Below are positions 1 to 13,433 of a DNA stretch of 64,000 nucleotides, piece by piece. How positions within the stretch are numbered: position 1 is the first letter of the stretch; each line of letters begins with the position of its first letter. Position numbers and translations under genes: made by a program. The stretch spans positions 3,328,900-3,392,899 of the forward strand of contig CM119264.1 of the NCBI GenBank assembly GCA_051294375.1. Direction: 5' to 3'. Below the pieces are notes generated by a model. It was not told the origin of the DNA and searched no databases. It worked only from the letters and a program-made list of their open reading frames with translations. Origin of the DNA: Paraspadella gotoi. Its lineage: Eukaryota > Animalia > Chaetognatha.

Positions 1-53
1 AAAGAAAGAAAGAAGAAAAGAAGAAAGAAAGAAAGAAAGAAAGAAGAAAGAAA

Positions 54-86
<33 letters not shown>

Positions 87-472
87 AGAAAAAAAAAACA
101 AGAAAATTACGGAGGTTAATTTTAGTATAAAAAAATGAGGAAAATGGAAAAAAAAAAAGAGAGAGAGAGAGAGGAAAGCCCTCGAGATGTGATTGTTTTA
201 TCGAAGGCGTAAATAGTTGCACCAAGTCTCGCTCTCTATTCCGCCATCTCTCTCTCTCTCATCTCTCTCGAGTCTCGTCTGCTCTCTCAGCTCATCTACG
301 GTATGCTCTCTCCTCAGTCTTCTTCTCATCATCCGTCTCTCTCGCATATGCATCGAGTCGTTCTCTCGCGCCCCCCTTTCCATCGGGCGGCCTCGCATTC
401 ATGAGAAAAATGTTTTAAAACAAAGAGAAAAGCATGAGAGAGAGAGAGAGAGAGAAGAGAGAGAGAGAAGAG

Positions 473-505
<33 letters not shown>

Positions 506-1220
506 TTTATAGAAGAGAGAGATGAAAAGAAGTCCATCACTCTTATGGGATGTAAAGTCGTTTATTTAACGCAAACAACGACACAACAACAACAACAAAA
601 TAGCAGCAGTTGGGATCTCGCGACTCTCGTGTCGGCGAGCCGCTGACGGACAAACAGACTGATGCAATGTCACCCATAGAGACATACGGAACGAGAGACG
701 GACTGACGCAAAGACAGAAAAAAGACAGGCAGACAAAAAGACAGGCGTACAGAAAGTCAGACGGAAGACAGAAAAACAGACGGCAGACAGAAAGACAGAC
801 AGGCAGAAAGAAAGACAGAGATGCAGAAAGAAAGACAGATAGGTAGAAAAAAGACAGACAGGCAGAAAGAAAGACAGACAAGTAGAAAAAAGATGGACAG
901 ACAGAAAAAGATACAGACAGACAGACAGAAAGAAAAACTACAAATGTCTTGAGTGACGTAACTGACTTTTTTGAGAGGAATAAACTCCTTTGAAAAACTC
1001 TCTCTCGTTCTCTCTTTCTCTCTCTCACTCTCACTCTCTCTCACTCTCACTCTCTCTCTCTCTCTCTCATCCGCATTCCTGACGGCGAGGTTTTCATGAC
1101 TGAATGTTGATATTTGTCACCTCGATCTTCGCATTCTCAGCCAAAGCAGACGATGTGTTAAAATAATTTTTTTTGCGCTTTCTTTGGAATTTGTAGAAGA
1201 GAAATACGAGAAGTAGTACG

Positions 1221-1301
<81 letters not shown>

Positions 1302-3740
1302 TGGTACATAATAGATAGTAGTTTCCTGAGATATGTTTAAAGATAAAAAAAAACAAAATAACAAAGAAAGGAAAACATGTGTCGACCTTGTGTCGCTTTC
1401 CGCTTAAAACTTTTTTCATCAAAACAAAAGTCACAAGTTCTACGAATCTTCTTCTTTGATTAACTTTTTCAATTTCGCAATTCTTGTGATTATTTGTTAG
1501 GATTCATGATTTTAAAAAGATTTGGCATAATAACCGCTTTTATTTGCGCTGTTGTATTCTGTATTCTGAGATCATTTGTTAGCATCTACGATTCTGTGAT
1601 TACCCGCGATCATTTGTTTCACTGTATTTTGTGATCATTTGTAACAGCGACCCATTGCCTGCCCAGGCCCGTCTCTTGAATAAATCTAAATCTACAATTC
1701 TTGACTGTTGAAACCGAATTTCAATTCAGTTACATCGACTTTGAGGAAAAATATCAGCGCTTTTTTCAAATTTAATTTATATTTTTTCGTAGATAGTAAT
1801 TCTTAGTCATCCGTAATTATTTGTTATCGTAAGAAATAAACTTGTAAATCGCTAAGTACAGTTTTCTTGAAAATATTTTTTTATAATTTCTGTATGAAAA
1901 ACATTTTTTCAGGATATTTTAGTTTTTTTTAAATTTTTCACGGAAAAGTGTAAAAAGTTTAAAAACTTAATTAGTCTAAATGTCAAGTTTAAACTTTTCT
2001 TCTGTTCGTCAATTTTATGTAAATATAAGAAATATTAGGTCAAAAATTTTTAACATTCCTTTGTCTGGCTAAAACAGCTGTTAAGAATTTCTAAAACAGT
2101 AAAAGCGGAAATTTGCATATTTTGAATCTTATGACTTGAAGAGTTTTAGAATTTAAAACACAAATAAACTTTGTTTTGTTTTTAACCAAAATCGCAATGA
2201 ATTAAAAACAATATATTAAGTAATTATACTATTAAGTTTGTTAAAGTTTTTAGAAATATCAAATTTTATTTTGTATTTCAAAGTTGGTGCGACAAAGCCG
2301 TCTATTTGACGCCGCTAGGGTTTGTCCATTAAGCGCCGGCTGGTTTCGTCCATTTAGCGCCGACCTCAGTTTTGTCGTCGATCCCTCATTTGACTCTGCG
2401 TCCATTGTGAGTCGACGAAACGACGCCGCTTTGAGAATGCCGGGGCACCTCGTGAAACGGCGCTCCTTTTAAACCGACTCGGCTCATGAACCGGCGCGCT
2501 TTTTGAAAACTAAAGGCTGAATTACTTCGACCTATAAAACAAGTTTTTCTAATTTTCTTTTTTTCTTTATTTTAGTTTATTTTTCTTTTTTTTTTAACCA
2601 AATTTTTTTAGTTAAAAATTGCTGTTGATTTGCTATCTTACTAAATCTTTTAAAAAACTGTCACATTTAATAAACTGAAGTAGTACTCGGAACCATTCAT
2701 CTTGAGGCGCGAAATGAGCGGACCAGCTGAAGATATCAATGACCCTTTTCTAAAAAAAAAGAAGAAATTAACAAAGTTGACGTCATTTCAAATTTATTGA
2801 CGTTTATCGTATTTTAATTCGTAGAAATATTTTTAACTAAAAAAAATAATTAACCTAGAATCGAAAAGAATATATGACTAATGAACTTTAAAATATAGAA
2901 GAATTTGTAACTTTCTTAAAAACTCATTCTTGATTTACAAAAATTCATAAATTTAAATTAGATGTTTTTTGTGTTTTTTTTTCTGATTCTATAATTCTCT
3001 TCATTTTAGTAAATCAATTTAACTATAAATAAATCAATACCGATTAAACAAATGTTCAATAGAGAATATTAATCTTACATAAATAATACTTTCCACATTC
3101 CAAACTCTTTAACTACCTCGTAAAAAGATGCTTAAAATGACTCAGGAAATACTAGGACTGAAATTTACTACGAACGCGTAACGATTTTTTCGCGTGATAT
3201 TCGCTACGATGATTGGCTCGAAAAATTGGCCGGTGATTAAGTGAAGAATCAAGGTGCGAGTGAAAGTAAAAGAGCAGCGATTCAATTAAATAGTCATGTG
3301 TGGGTGATGGGTGAGTGATTTCGGAAATATGTGATCACAGAGATAAGAGAACGAGTCAGTCAGTCCGTCGGATAGCGATGAACCGATTTTTATACCACAG
3401 CAATCGAGGACTAAGAAGAAAAAAAATAAATAGATGATTGAAAGACTGACTGACTAGTAGGGCGATTGGATGACGAGCTCACTTAGCTGATTGACTGATA
3501 CACTAACTGAGTAACTGACAAACTCTTTACCTGACTAAGTGACAGACTGACTAACAGACTGACTTAACTGATTAAATTTCGACCTGAATTTCCCTCTGAT
3601 TTTCTCTTCCTTCAAAAGAAGCTGAAAATTTGAAGCCGAAAAAAAAAAAACGAAAAAGCGAAAAAAAAAGGAACCGAAATTTATTAGAGAAATAATTAAG
3701 ACCCGGGGGCCTCAATTCCAGGAGTTGTCATCTGTCCCGA

Positions 3741-3826
<86 letters not shown>

Positions 3827-5352
3827 ATGATATAATCGCCCGGATTCTCTTTCTCTTCGGCCTTCGAGTCTGACGCTTCCGAAGACAAAGGGACAAAGAA
3901 GAAAGAAAAGCGGAAAAAAGATGGGCGTACGGAACCGAGGAACGAGCAGAGAGCACTGAGACGACCAGAGAGAAGAGAGAGAGAGAGAGCAGAGATGGGA
4001 ACCAGTAAGCCGTGACACTGGGCGAGTGAGACTGAGACTGACGACGACATCCGTGCGCAAGTCACTCGAACGCAGAGCTCTACTGGATCAGCGAAATGAG
4101 AGAGTTCAGGCAGTCGCGGTGTCGGTGCGGCGTGTGATTTCGTCTCCAGACGGGTTATGAGAGAGAGATTCAATGTTTTCGTTTATTACATCGTTGTGGT
4201 ATAGTTGTCGTCGTCGTCGTTGTCATCATCGTCATCGTTTTCGTCATCGTTTTTGTCATCTTCGTCATCAATTTCGTCTTCGTCATCATCATTTTTGTCG
4301 TCGTCGTCGTCGTTGTCGGAAATCAAGGTCGCTGTCTCGTTCTGTGGTACTATCGATCTTTTCTTCACTTTCACAACAAAGACTTTCGAAGAATTCCCAA
4401 TCAAAAGCATTCGTGTTTGAGCCCAGAGAGAGGAGAGAGAGAGAGAAGAGAGAGAGAGAGAGGAGAAGAGAGAGAGAGAGAGGAGAGAGAGAGAAGAGAG
4501 AAGAAGAGAGAGAGAGCGATGTATGTATTATTTTTCCCCGCGGAATTATGGCGGGAAAGGAAAACGTGATGTTCCTGGTTAAATATGAAGATTCGAAATG
4601 TTAGAATGTGGATGGGTGAACTTAATTTATTAAGGTCGATTCGACTGAAAAAACACAACAAAAAATAAACTAATTTGTTAGAAAAACAAAAAAAAAGAAT
4701 TCAAGTGACGCAAATAAATAAATGAAATCATATTTCATTTTTTTCATTAATTTTCGTTAAACCGAAACAGAACTCGAAAAGTTACGAGTGGTATTTAAGC
4801 CTCGCGATCGACTTGATTCCCAAAGACTCAAACACTGTTCATACATCCAGATAGTTATTTTTATTGATAAATGAGAGAGAGAGGGAGAGAGAGAGAGAGA
4901 GAGAGATTAGCCCTCTCATTCAACTTAGTTCTCCTAATCAGGATTTAGTACCTTGTGCACTGCGTTGCTCTCCTCTTCTCTCCTTCTCTCTCCGGTGCAT
5001 TTGACAAAGGTTCGTTTTGTCTCAGATTTCCTGGGAAATCGTCATATGTGGTCTACGCCGTCGTTGTTGTCGTTGTTGTCGTCGTTATCTTTTATGTCGT
5101 TGTTTTCTGACGTCGACGAAACCCGATGACAGGTTGGCGAGTGGCTGATTAGGCCATAACACTAAACTATCGGTTATTATTCGATCTTATCTATTAGTAT
5201 ATGGTTTAAACATTGTGTTTAAATCATTAACTTTATCTTCGTACTTCCCCTTTTGCATCGTCATTCCGGTTTTAAGCCAATTTTAAATGTTTTCTTTTTG
5301 AAATCATTTGTTTATTTTGAGCGAATGACAAATATTTCTCTCAAAGGCGTCG

Positions 5353-5396
<44 letters not shown>

Positions 5397-6375
5397 TTTC
5401 TCGTCGTCGTCTCTTTTCTATTTTTTTTCTCTCGATAAAAATCTTTGTGGCGGGAAAAAATTGTTTTGTGTTTTTGTCAGGAAGTGATTTGATTTTTTTG
5501 CGAGGGTCTTTGAACTATAGACGATTTCCCCCCGATCCGCTTATAATCGACTTTGACCGATCAGCCTTTTTTTCGTTGGTGTATTTTTATTTTGTTTTGC
5601 CAAAAGCTTAGACCTTTCCCCCATTGATCCTCATAGACACTTTCTTTTAACATTCTGTATTAGGTAAATATTGTTAATTTGTTTAAAGAAGTATCAGGAG
5701 ATAACAGAACTTGGTAAAGAGGAAGATAAAATTAATTGAAAAGTAAGTCAAGTGAATAGATAATTAATTAATTAATTAATTAGTTAATTAATTAATTGAA
5801 AAGTAAGTCACATTGCACATAATTTACTCATTTAGAAGAATCGAAAACAGAAATATTGGAACGAAACAATTTATATTAATGTGGTTGATTATTAAATGTA
5901 TGTAGTTCATAAAAATCAAACGGAAAGATTTATTATTAATGAAGATATTAAGTAGTTCAAAAACTGAACAATGACTAATTATTTATAGATTTGAATATCA
6001 GTGTATGTTATAGCTGCGAAAGCTTATGCAAAAAAAGTATATCACTCCTTTTATAGCTCGACGTGCAAGCTAATGTTAAAATCATAATCCTTCTTTATAG
6101 CTCATTGGGTTGAATCACTCTTATTTGTCTTGGAGTTTTATTATTCAATGTTAAGTTGAGGAAAGCAAAAAAAAAAAAAATAAAAATTAGTTAACAAGAT
6201 TATATCTCCTGAATCATTTTATTGCTAGTTATATAAGCATTTTGTTTGATGATCAGTTAAATAGCATTGATTTTCTCTACAGGTAGTTCAATACGTACAT
6301 ATCTCCCTGTCACTAAGCTTCCATCCCCTTCCCCTTTCTATCGGTCTCCTTCGCTGTATTAGGCGCGGAGCAGCT

Positions 6376-7768
6376 ATGGGAAAGAGACGATCGGCAGCGG
6401 CGCGGCTTCTCGCTTTAAAAGACAATGTTCAAACAGCCGCCTTCACAAGATCTCGGTTATGAGAGAGATGGTGTCCGTATCATCGTCGTTATCCGATCTA
6501 CATGATTTGGATGTCGACATCGGTGATCTTCCTCCTTCATCGTGGTTCTAAAGAAGGAGAACCAAAAACTACGGATAGAGACCGTTACGAGATTTACGAA
6601 TTTCGAAAGCCGAGCGACGTCGATTCCGTCTAGAGACTATTCCATTTAAGTCTATCGACTTCGCCGATCCTTCGACGAAGTACAACGTCTCGCATGGATT
6701 TTTTACGTCTCGCGAACGACGTTACGGATTCTTTCTGGCCCATTGGTTTCGACTCCGAAGGTGACGACGCCATGGTCCAACTCGCGTCGGAAATCGGAGG
6801 TCAACGTAAAGTCGCCGTCTTTCAACTTCGTTTCCGGTGGTCGGCGACTCTTGCTGTAAAGACGGCCCACCTCCTGCGTTTGGTGTCAATTATGACCCAT
6901 CCATTCGCTGTCTTTGTCGCAAAAGCGTCAGAAAGATATCGATTCCAATCCCAAATTTTCTCGGAGTTTCGCTTCCGCTGACCGCGAGAAGATTAAGTAC
7001 ATCGACATCGCGAGTATGTACGGTTTCTGCTACAAGCACTCTAGAGGCCCCTCCCCCTTGTTGGATTGGGTTTCCTCGATGTCTTTTTCGGCGTCTTGGG
7101 AGCCCCTTCCCTCAAATATCTCCATGCACTTTGTCAAACAAAATTACATTCTCGACAAAAGATCATTTCATCGGAACCATCTTGCGGATTTTGACGAGCG
7201 GCAAATCTCTGGTCAAGCCCCCACAGATATGCTATGCGGCGCTTGGATGCACTCGTTAGTCTGCGCAGACAGCGTCCATGCTCTCTGACCGATTGGGTTG
7301 CGCTTGGCCCACTTCTTACAAGGGCCGGTTCTGATTCAAATACATACTATTGTCCTTCATTAAAATCCATCGTCCGGCGCTATGACCAATCCGCCATTAT
7401 TTAAAAAGCTCGGTTATCAAGAAAAGAGTGAATGTCGGCGACTGAAGAAAAGTCGCGACGCCGTTTCTGAGCGCATTCAACAGGCACAATACGAAGAACG
7501 ACAAAACCGTAAGCGACGCGAAATTACGCTCGCCAAAACTAAAAGCGAAGAACGAGATGGTCAAAAATTTGAAATCGAGTATGTGGCGTCCATAATGGAA
7601 GACGACGCCGACGACGACATTTTTCCGTGCGGCGAAGTCCCAGATTCAACGCCAATACAACCTATCTTAGACGCTCCAGGGTGCGAAAAAAGCGTAAATT
7701 ATGTGATTATCCTATTAGTGATGACGAATGATTTCCCTGATCGTTCCCCATCTCGAAAGCGACGCTGA
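6376..7768 (+). CDS. DEDDy-family 3'-5' exonuclease (WRN-exo/EXD/Mut-7/RNase D-like domain), frameshifted in this assembly
   Basis: Motifs occur in the correct order across frames: ExoI 'PIGFDSEG..MVQLAS..VAVFQL' (D at 6751, E at 6757); 'LVSIMTHPFAVFVAK..KDID' (ExoII-like); 'KIKYIDIASM'; 'ILDK'; ExoIII 'QICYAAL-DALVSLR' (tat 7233, gat 7246, with a 1-nt insertion between them). A charged/acidic C-terminal ORF follows (7382-7768). The start codon is tentative. Several 1-nt indels, so either read error or a pseudogene. Confidence 0.75.
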
Positions 7769-8286
7769 GCGGGACGCTCAGTTTTAAAAAAGGGAAAGTA
7801 TCTGTTGGACATAAACTCTCGTCATGATCCGTCGTTCTTATTCGCCTTTTGTTAATGCTGTTTAAAAATATAAACAATCGATGTTTGTCTACAAACAATA
7901 CAGTTTATTGTTTATTTCATTGCTTTGATTAATCATGATTCTATTTCATACAGATCGCATTAATGATAGTTGGCCATCGTCGGGGTTTATTCATAAGGTT
8001 TATGTTATAGGGTTTATTTATAGAGGTTATATGGTTTATACTGTTCATTTGATTAGTGGCTAGGCCGAGCTTACCTGAGAGATACATTGTTTTCTATCGT
8101 TAACCGATGCTTGCCTTTGCTTACCTCTAGTTCTTGATCTCTAAAGACTCACTAAATCCTGCCGTTATAGATACTCTCAGAAGGGTGAGCAACTGACGGA
8201 AAACCCCGCTCATCACAAAACAAATAAAATATATGAAAGTGGAATGAACTTTAGCCTCAGTTGTTGGACAGGATCTCTCTCTCTCT

Positions 8287-8370
<84 letters not shown>

Positions 8371-8981
8371 GGGTCTAAAAAAGATCGATTATATCGCGTA
8401 ATATCTCTCACTCTCTGTCGGCGTTTTCCTTTGAAGTTGACCGGATCCTTAGAGTCGATTTCCATTCGAAACTCAAACTCAACTGAACAAATTCCGGAGG
8501 TTGAAGATGTTGTTGCAGATGTCGCTACAGATGCCGATACAGATAAGATACCAGGATGCAGATATCGATACCGATGACAGTTAAGGTCCCTGACGTTAAT
8601 ATAGGGACCCTGATACAGATAAGGACTTGGAAATGTCGACTGGGATCTTAACCCTTAAACGACCTTGGGTTGTGATAGGAATTCTGATAGGACACTGATA
8701 CCGATCCCTTGACGATGATTATCACAAATACCTCTGGAGAAGTCCAGAACGGTGTCAATCACGGAAACTGTTCACTGGAATTCACTACTACTGAGTCAAC
8801 TTAAACTCACGTGATTTTACGGTTTGGATTCTGTGAACACGTGAGCCTCTTCTTCGCCTGACCAAGTCTTAAGTCAAACAACAACAACAAGAACAACAAC
8901 AACAACAACTGCATTAGGGTTTAAGCGAATAAAAAAAGTAATAAAGCGTCGATCGATCAGGAGTTTGACAAAAGGGTCATA

Positions 8982-9039
<58 letters not shown>

Positions 9040-9343
9040 GATGTTCACGGAAGACGCCTCCTTTAGAAATCTGGATCAATTGTATCACGTGACTCCGTCG
9101 TTCACGAGTAGTGATTCTTCTTTTTTTTTCTTTCTTTTGTGATTCGCATTTTCTTTTTCCGTGACGGAAATTCGTCGATGTGATGAAGTCAGATATTTAA
9201 CTTATCCTTTTGTAATAACTTATAAGAAAATTTTCATGTTTTTTTAATTTTGTTTTAGATCGTTTATAAAACAGATGCGACCTTTAAAAAAAATATCACA
9301 TTAAGCTATCTTACCCTTAACTTGGACATGCTAAGGTGAGTAT

Positions 9344-9929
9344 TAGAGCGTAGTGAATGTTACATACGAAAATTGTAAATGTGAATTATGAACAACATAC
9401 CATCAATGAACATTAATTTGTAAAAAAAAAAATTAATATTATGTTCTTCAATTTTCGCAGTAGGCTATATTTATATATAGTACTAAATTAGGCTTTTCTT
9501 AATTTTTATTGCAGGTTTGAATTCCTCGTCAAAAGTTGATAATATATATAAATCATTTTTAAAAAATCTTTCATTAAGTGGGTTAAAAATTAAAAAAACT
9601 ATATTTAATATTAAAAATATTAATTTTCAGCTTAAAATATATATTTATATATCTATTTGATCAACTTAATGAAAGAATTTTTAAAAAAGAGTTATATTTC
9701 TTTATATCAACTTTTCATGACAAATACAAATCTGCAAAAAAAATTACAAAAAAAAACTATTTTGAAATTTTAAAATTTATTGGATTAGTTACTACAATGG
9801 CCTACTGCGTAAATTTTAAAATTTATTATGCAATTTTTTTATACATAAATGTTTCATTAGTATATGTTGTTCGTTTCTCACTTTTAGAATTTTAATTAAA
9901 GTAATATTTAGAATTTTTGCTACGCTTTA
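9344..9929. mobile_element. Non-autonomous fold-back DNA transposon (MITE), hAT-type
   Basis: Termini TAGAGCGTAG...CTACGCTTTA. Exact 8-bp TSD GTGAGTAT at 9336-9343 and 9930-9937. Nested inverted matches throughout: gaacaacata/tatgttgttc, cgcagtaggc/gcctactgcg, aaaagttgata/tatcaactttt, ctttcattaagt/acttaatgaaag. Confidence 0.85.
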
Positions 9930-10206
9930 GTGAGTATAGGCCTCCTTCTCTCTTTCCAAACTTTCAAGCAAGACTCACTCAAAGTCTAAATCTTAACTCT
10001 CAGATGAGTGGCTACGAAATTGTACGACACTCGTACTCTTTTACTTGTATACGCCGTTCCAACCTGCCCGCTCCGATAATGAATCAAACGCCGCACGAAC
10101 TTCCGCGATTTTCACGATCATCTTTTTTTTGTGAATGATTTTGTGAAGCGCGAAGAATCTCACGCAGAGTCGGTAAAGAGGGGGGGATGGAGGTGAAATG
10201 CCGAGA

Positions 10207-10280
10207 CGAAATACCGTGACAGGAAATACCGTGACAGGAAATACCGTGACAGGAAATGCCGCAGCGGGAAATACAGGAAA
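10207..10280. repeat. 15-bp tandem repeat gaaataccgtgacag
   Basis: Three perfect and two degenerate units. Confidence 0.85.
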
Positions 10281-10851
10281 TCCCGCCGTCCGAAACTGAG
10301 AGGGTCGAGTTGGACCGGGGTCAAAGATTTTGGATCAAGGGTATATTCCAGGTTTTAAACCTGATAAGAAAAAAATGTTTTTGGTTTTTTTGGGTTTTTT
10401 TTTTTGTTACTGAAAGATTGGTCTTATCAGAGGGATTTGTCGATCAGTAGCCGTGGGGTTTTTCCAGGGAAAAAAAATTTTAAAAATAATTATACCTTAA
10501 CTTAATTTTTTTTCAATAATAAATTGGCCGAAGAGTTTTAAAATGTAAAGACTGAAAAAAAAGTATACCAGTAGCCTCTTAATCAATCAATCAATCCAAT
10601 CAATCCAATCAATCCATCAATCCAATCAATCAATCAATCAATCAAATAAAGAGACAGAAATAACGTTCATGTCGCTTTTACAATCTCTCGGCGAATCGTC
10701 AAAGGTTTTTAAAATGCATTTTTATCGCCGATCGGCTAATTTTTGAATTATTAGATAATAAGGGAATCCAAGACTCTTCCTGAAAGATGCATTCACTTTC
10801 GTCCTTTTCTCATTTCTCTTGTTTCCTGTGGCTTTTGTGATTGCCTTTTTT

Positions 10852-10957
<106 letters not shown>

Positions 10958-11340
10958 GCGCCGTGAGAAAAATCATTTATGCGTGACTCCGTTATTTTTT
11001 TCTATCAAAGAAGAAGAAAAAGAAGAATCGAAATCGTCAATGTGATTCCATCCTGGAATCGTGAATCGTGAAGAGGTTCAAGTGAACCGAGTGAAGAATC
11101 ATGGCAATTGTGACATAGAATGTGAAGAATTTGTCGAACTCCCTTCAAGGACCCCCTTAACACCTCGCCTAGTGCCGCTCTGCCCCCTCTAAGCCCTTTC
11201 GAGTGCCCCTCCGTTCTCCAACATCCCCCAGTATCCCTTCCACCTCACAAAAACCCGTCGAACCTTCTGACTTTTCCTTTTTTTTTTCCTTTTCGATTTC
11301 AACTCGAGGTCAAGTATTAAAACATCTAGGAGGCGAAGAA

Positions 11341-11790
11341 TTTGATCCTTTGATTAGCTAATTGATTGGCCTGTTGATCCACTCCTTAATTGACTCCTTG
11401 ATTGGCCAGTTAATCGGGTCCTTGATTGATGACTTAATTGGGTCATTAATCTGCTCCATGATTGGCTCCTTGACTGGCCTGTTAATTGGCTCCATTATTA
11501 GCTCCTTGATTCGCCAGTTAATTGGTTTCTTGATTGGCTCCTTGATTGGCCAGTTAATCGGGTCCCTGATTGGTTTATTGATTGGCCAGTTGATCGGCTT
11601 TAATGATTGGCTCCTTGATTGCCTCCTTGACTGGCCTATTAATCGGGTCCTTGATTTGCCAGTTAATCGGGTCCTTGATTGACTCCTTGATTGGCCAGTT
11701 AATCGGATTCTTGATTGGCTCCTTGATTGGCCAGTTAATCGAATTCTTGATTGGTTTATTGATTGGTCAGTTGAACGGCTTCTTGATCCC
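11341..11790. repeat. 12-bp-period minisatellite (ttgattggctcc / ttgattggccag / ttaatcgggtcc)
   Basis: Direct reading. It explains the 'LIGS/LIGQ' pseudo-ORFs. Confidence 0.9.
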
Positions 11791-11819
11791 CTTCTTTACC
11801 AGTCCAATGCTTCGTTGCT

Positions 11820-12059
11820 TCAGTCAATTAATTTCCGCTGCTTCTCCTCGATTTCCACAAAATTCTTTTCTCGCTGTTCGACGACCCTGGAACTAAAGGG
11901 CGTGCCCCCTGTGCCCGTTGGGTCAAATTCGACCCCTAGGGATCGTACCTCTCCGCCGGATTGGGTCTCCGTCTGGAGGTGCCCGACCTTGACTCCAACC
12001 GGGCGCCTTCCCTCGACGCGGTCGGGCGCCCGACGGCGTCGTAGTCCCCGAATCCGGCG
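11820..12059 (-). CDS. GC-rich candidate coding segment, unknown product
   Basis: 79 stop-free codons ending 'VGVKVGHLQTETQSGGEVRSLGVEFDPTGTGGTPFSSRVVEQREKNFVEIEEKQRKLID*' within a GC-rich unique island (~11870-12260). No recognisable domain. Confidence 0.3.
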   Translation of the reverse strand, partial: RRIRGLRRRRAPDRVEGRRPVGVKVGHLQTETQSGGEVRSLGVEFDPTGTGGTPFSSRVVEQREKNFVEIEEKQRKLID

Positions 12060-12341
12060 TCATCCGGAGGTCGATTCTCGGTCGCCGGTGACCGGGTGAC
12101 CCGTTTCCGGCGTCGCGGATGGGTCACCGTCATTTGGTCACCGAGGAAAAGACCCCGTCGAGACCTGGCACCGTGAGACGGCGGCGCCATGAGGTTCGAA
12201 CTCAATTGACAAACCACCGCACCATGAGATTCCAGCACCATGAAAAGTCGAGGACAAGCATTCCGAGAGAGAAAGGACATTCGTTATGATGTTTGACTCG
12301 GCGGCGGGGATTCAAAAGGGTCGGAAGAGTTCTCTGCTCTC

Positions 12342-12411
<70 letters not shown>

Positions 12412-12526
12412 CCACTCCTCTCTCTCTCTCTCCATTTATAAACAAGAGGCTTATCAAGGATTATTCGTATCAACAATCGGTCCGGATTCCCTTTTTTCCC
12501 CCCGACAAAGAGACCGAGCGAGCGAG

Positions 12527-12568
<42 letters not shown>

Positions 12569-13399
12569 AGAGGAGGAGAGAGAGAGAGAGAGAGAGAGAG
12601 AGTCACACGATATAAAAAATTTGAAAACTTCATCCCCCCCCCGCATACTCATGGGCTCAGCACGGCTTCCGCGGGTCAAAGGTCAAGTAAGAATGAATGA
12701 GGAAAATGATCTGATTGGAGAGAGAAGATGGCATGAACCCTATAGAGAATGAGATGAATGAAGAATGAATGAAAGAATGAATGAGAAAAATAAAGAATGG
12801 ATGAGGAACATCCGAAGAATGATATAAAGAGTAAAGTGGTTAAATGATGAGATCATGAATAAATAATGAAAAAGACAATGAATGCGATAATGATTCTGAG
12901 AATGAATAAAAGAGATTCTTGACCAGACAAACGAGATGAACACCTCACGAGGTTGTGATAGGGTGAAACTTAAAAGAAAGAGCCGCCGATTCACATGTGA
13001 GTGCGACATCAAGATCACCGTCACTCATTTCGGAAGTCAAGTGAGAATTAACGTCAATCAGTTGGTCCATTTGCGAGAGGAAGTCAAAGATTCCAACATA
13101 AAAATTCCACGAGTCTTTTTGAGTTTTGTCAGACGGTAGATTTTATCAGGCGTCCGGGATTTATTCACGTCCCGGATTTATTTCCGTCCGGGATTTATTG
13201 GCAAAGTCTGCCGCCGACGTTATTAAGATTTTTTATCTTGATTCTGTTTAGTGACAGAAAGTGAAACGCAGAACGCTGTTGTCAAACAAAAGACACAAAG
13301 ATCGATAAAAAAAAAAAAAAGCTTCTAATCGCATCCATTGATCTTCTTTTCGAGCACAAATAACCTTTTCGGACCAAAAGAGCATCTCTTTCTTCTCTC

Positions 13400-13433
<34 letters not shown>

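Noticed and set aside
1640-1734. Solo-LTR-like TGTAAC...AATAAA...GTTACA
   Set aside because: Only ~95 bp, with no TSD, primer-binding site or partner LTR.
8440-8800. Acidic coding-like stretch (EQIPEVEDVVADVATDADTD)
   Set aside because: Short, built on gatacc/gataca-type repeats, interrupted by stops and without clear splice sites.
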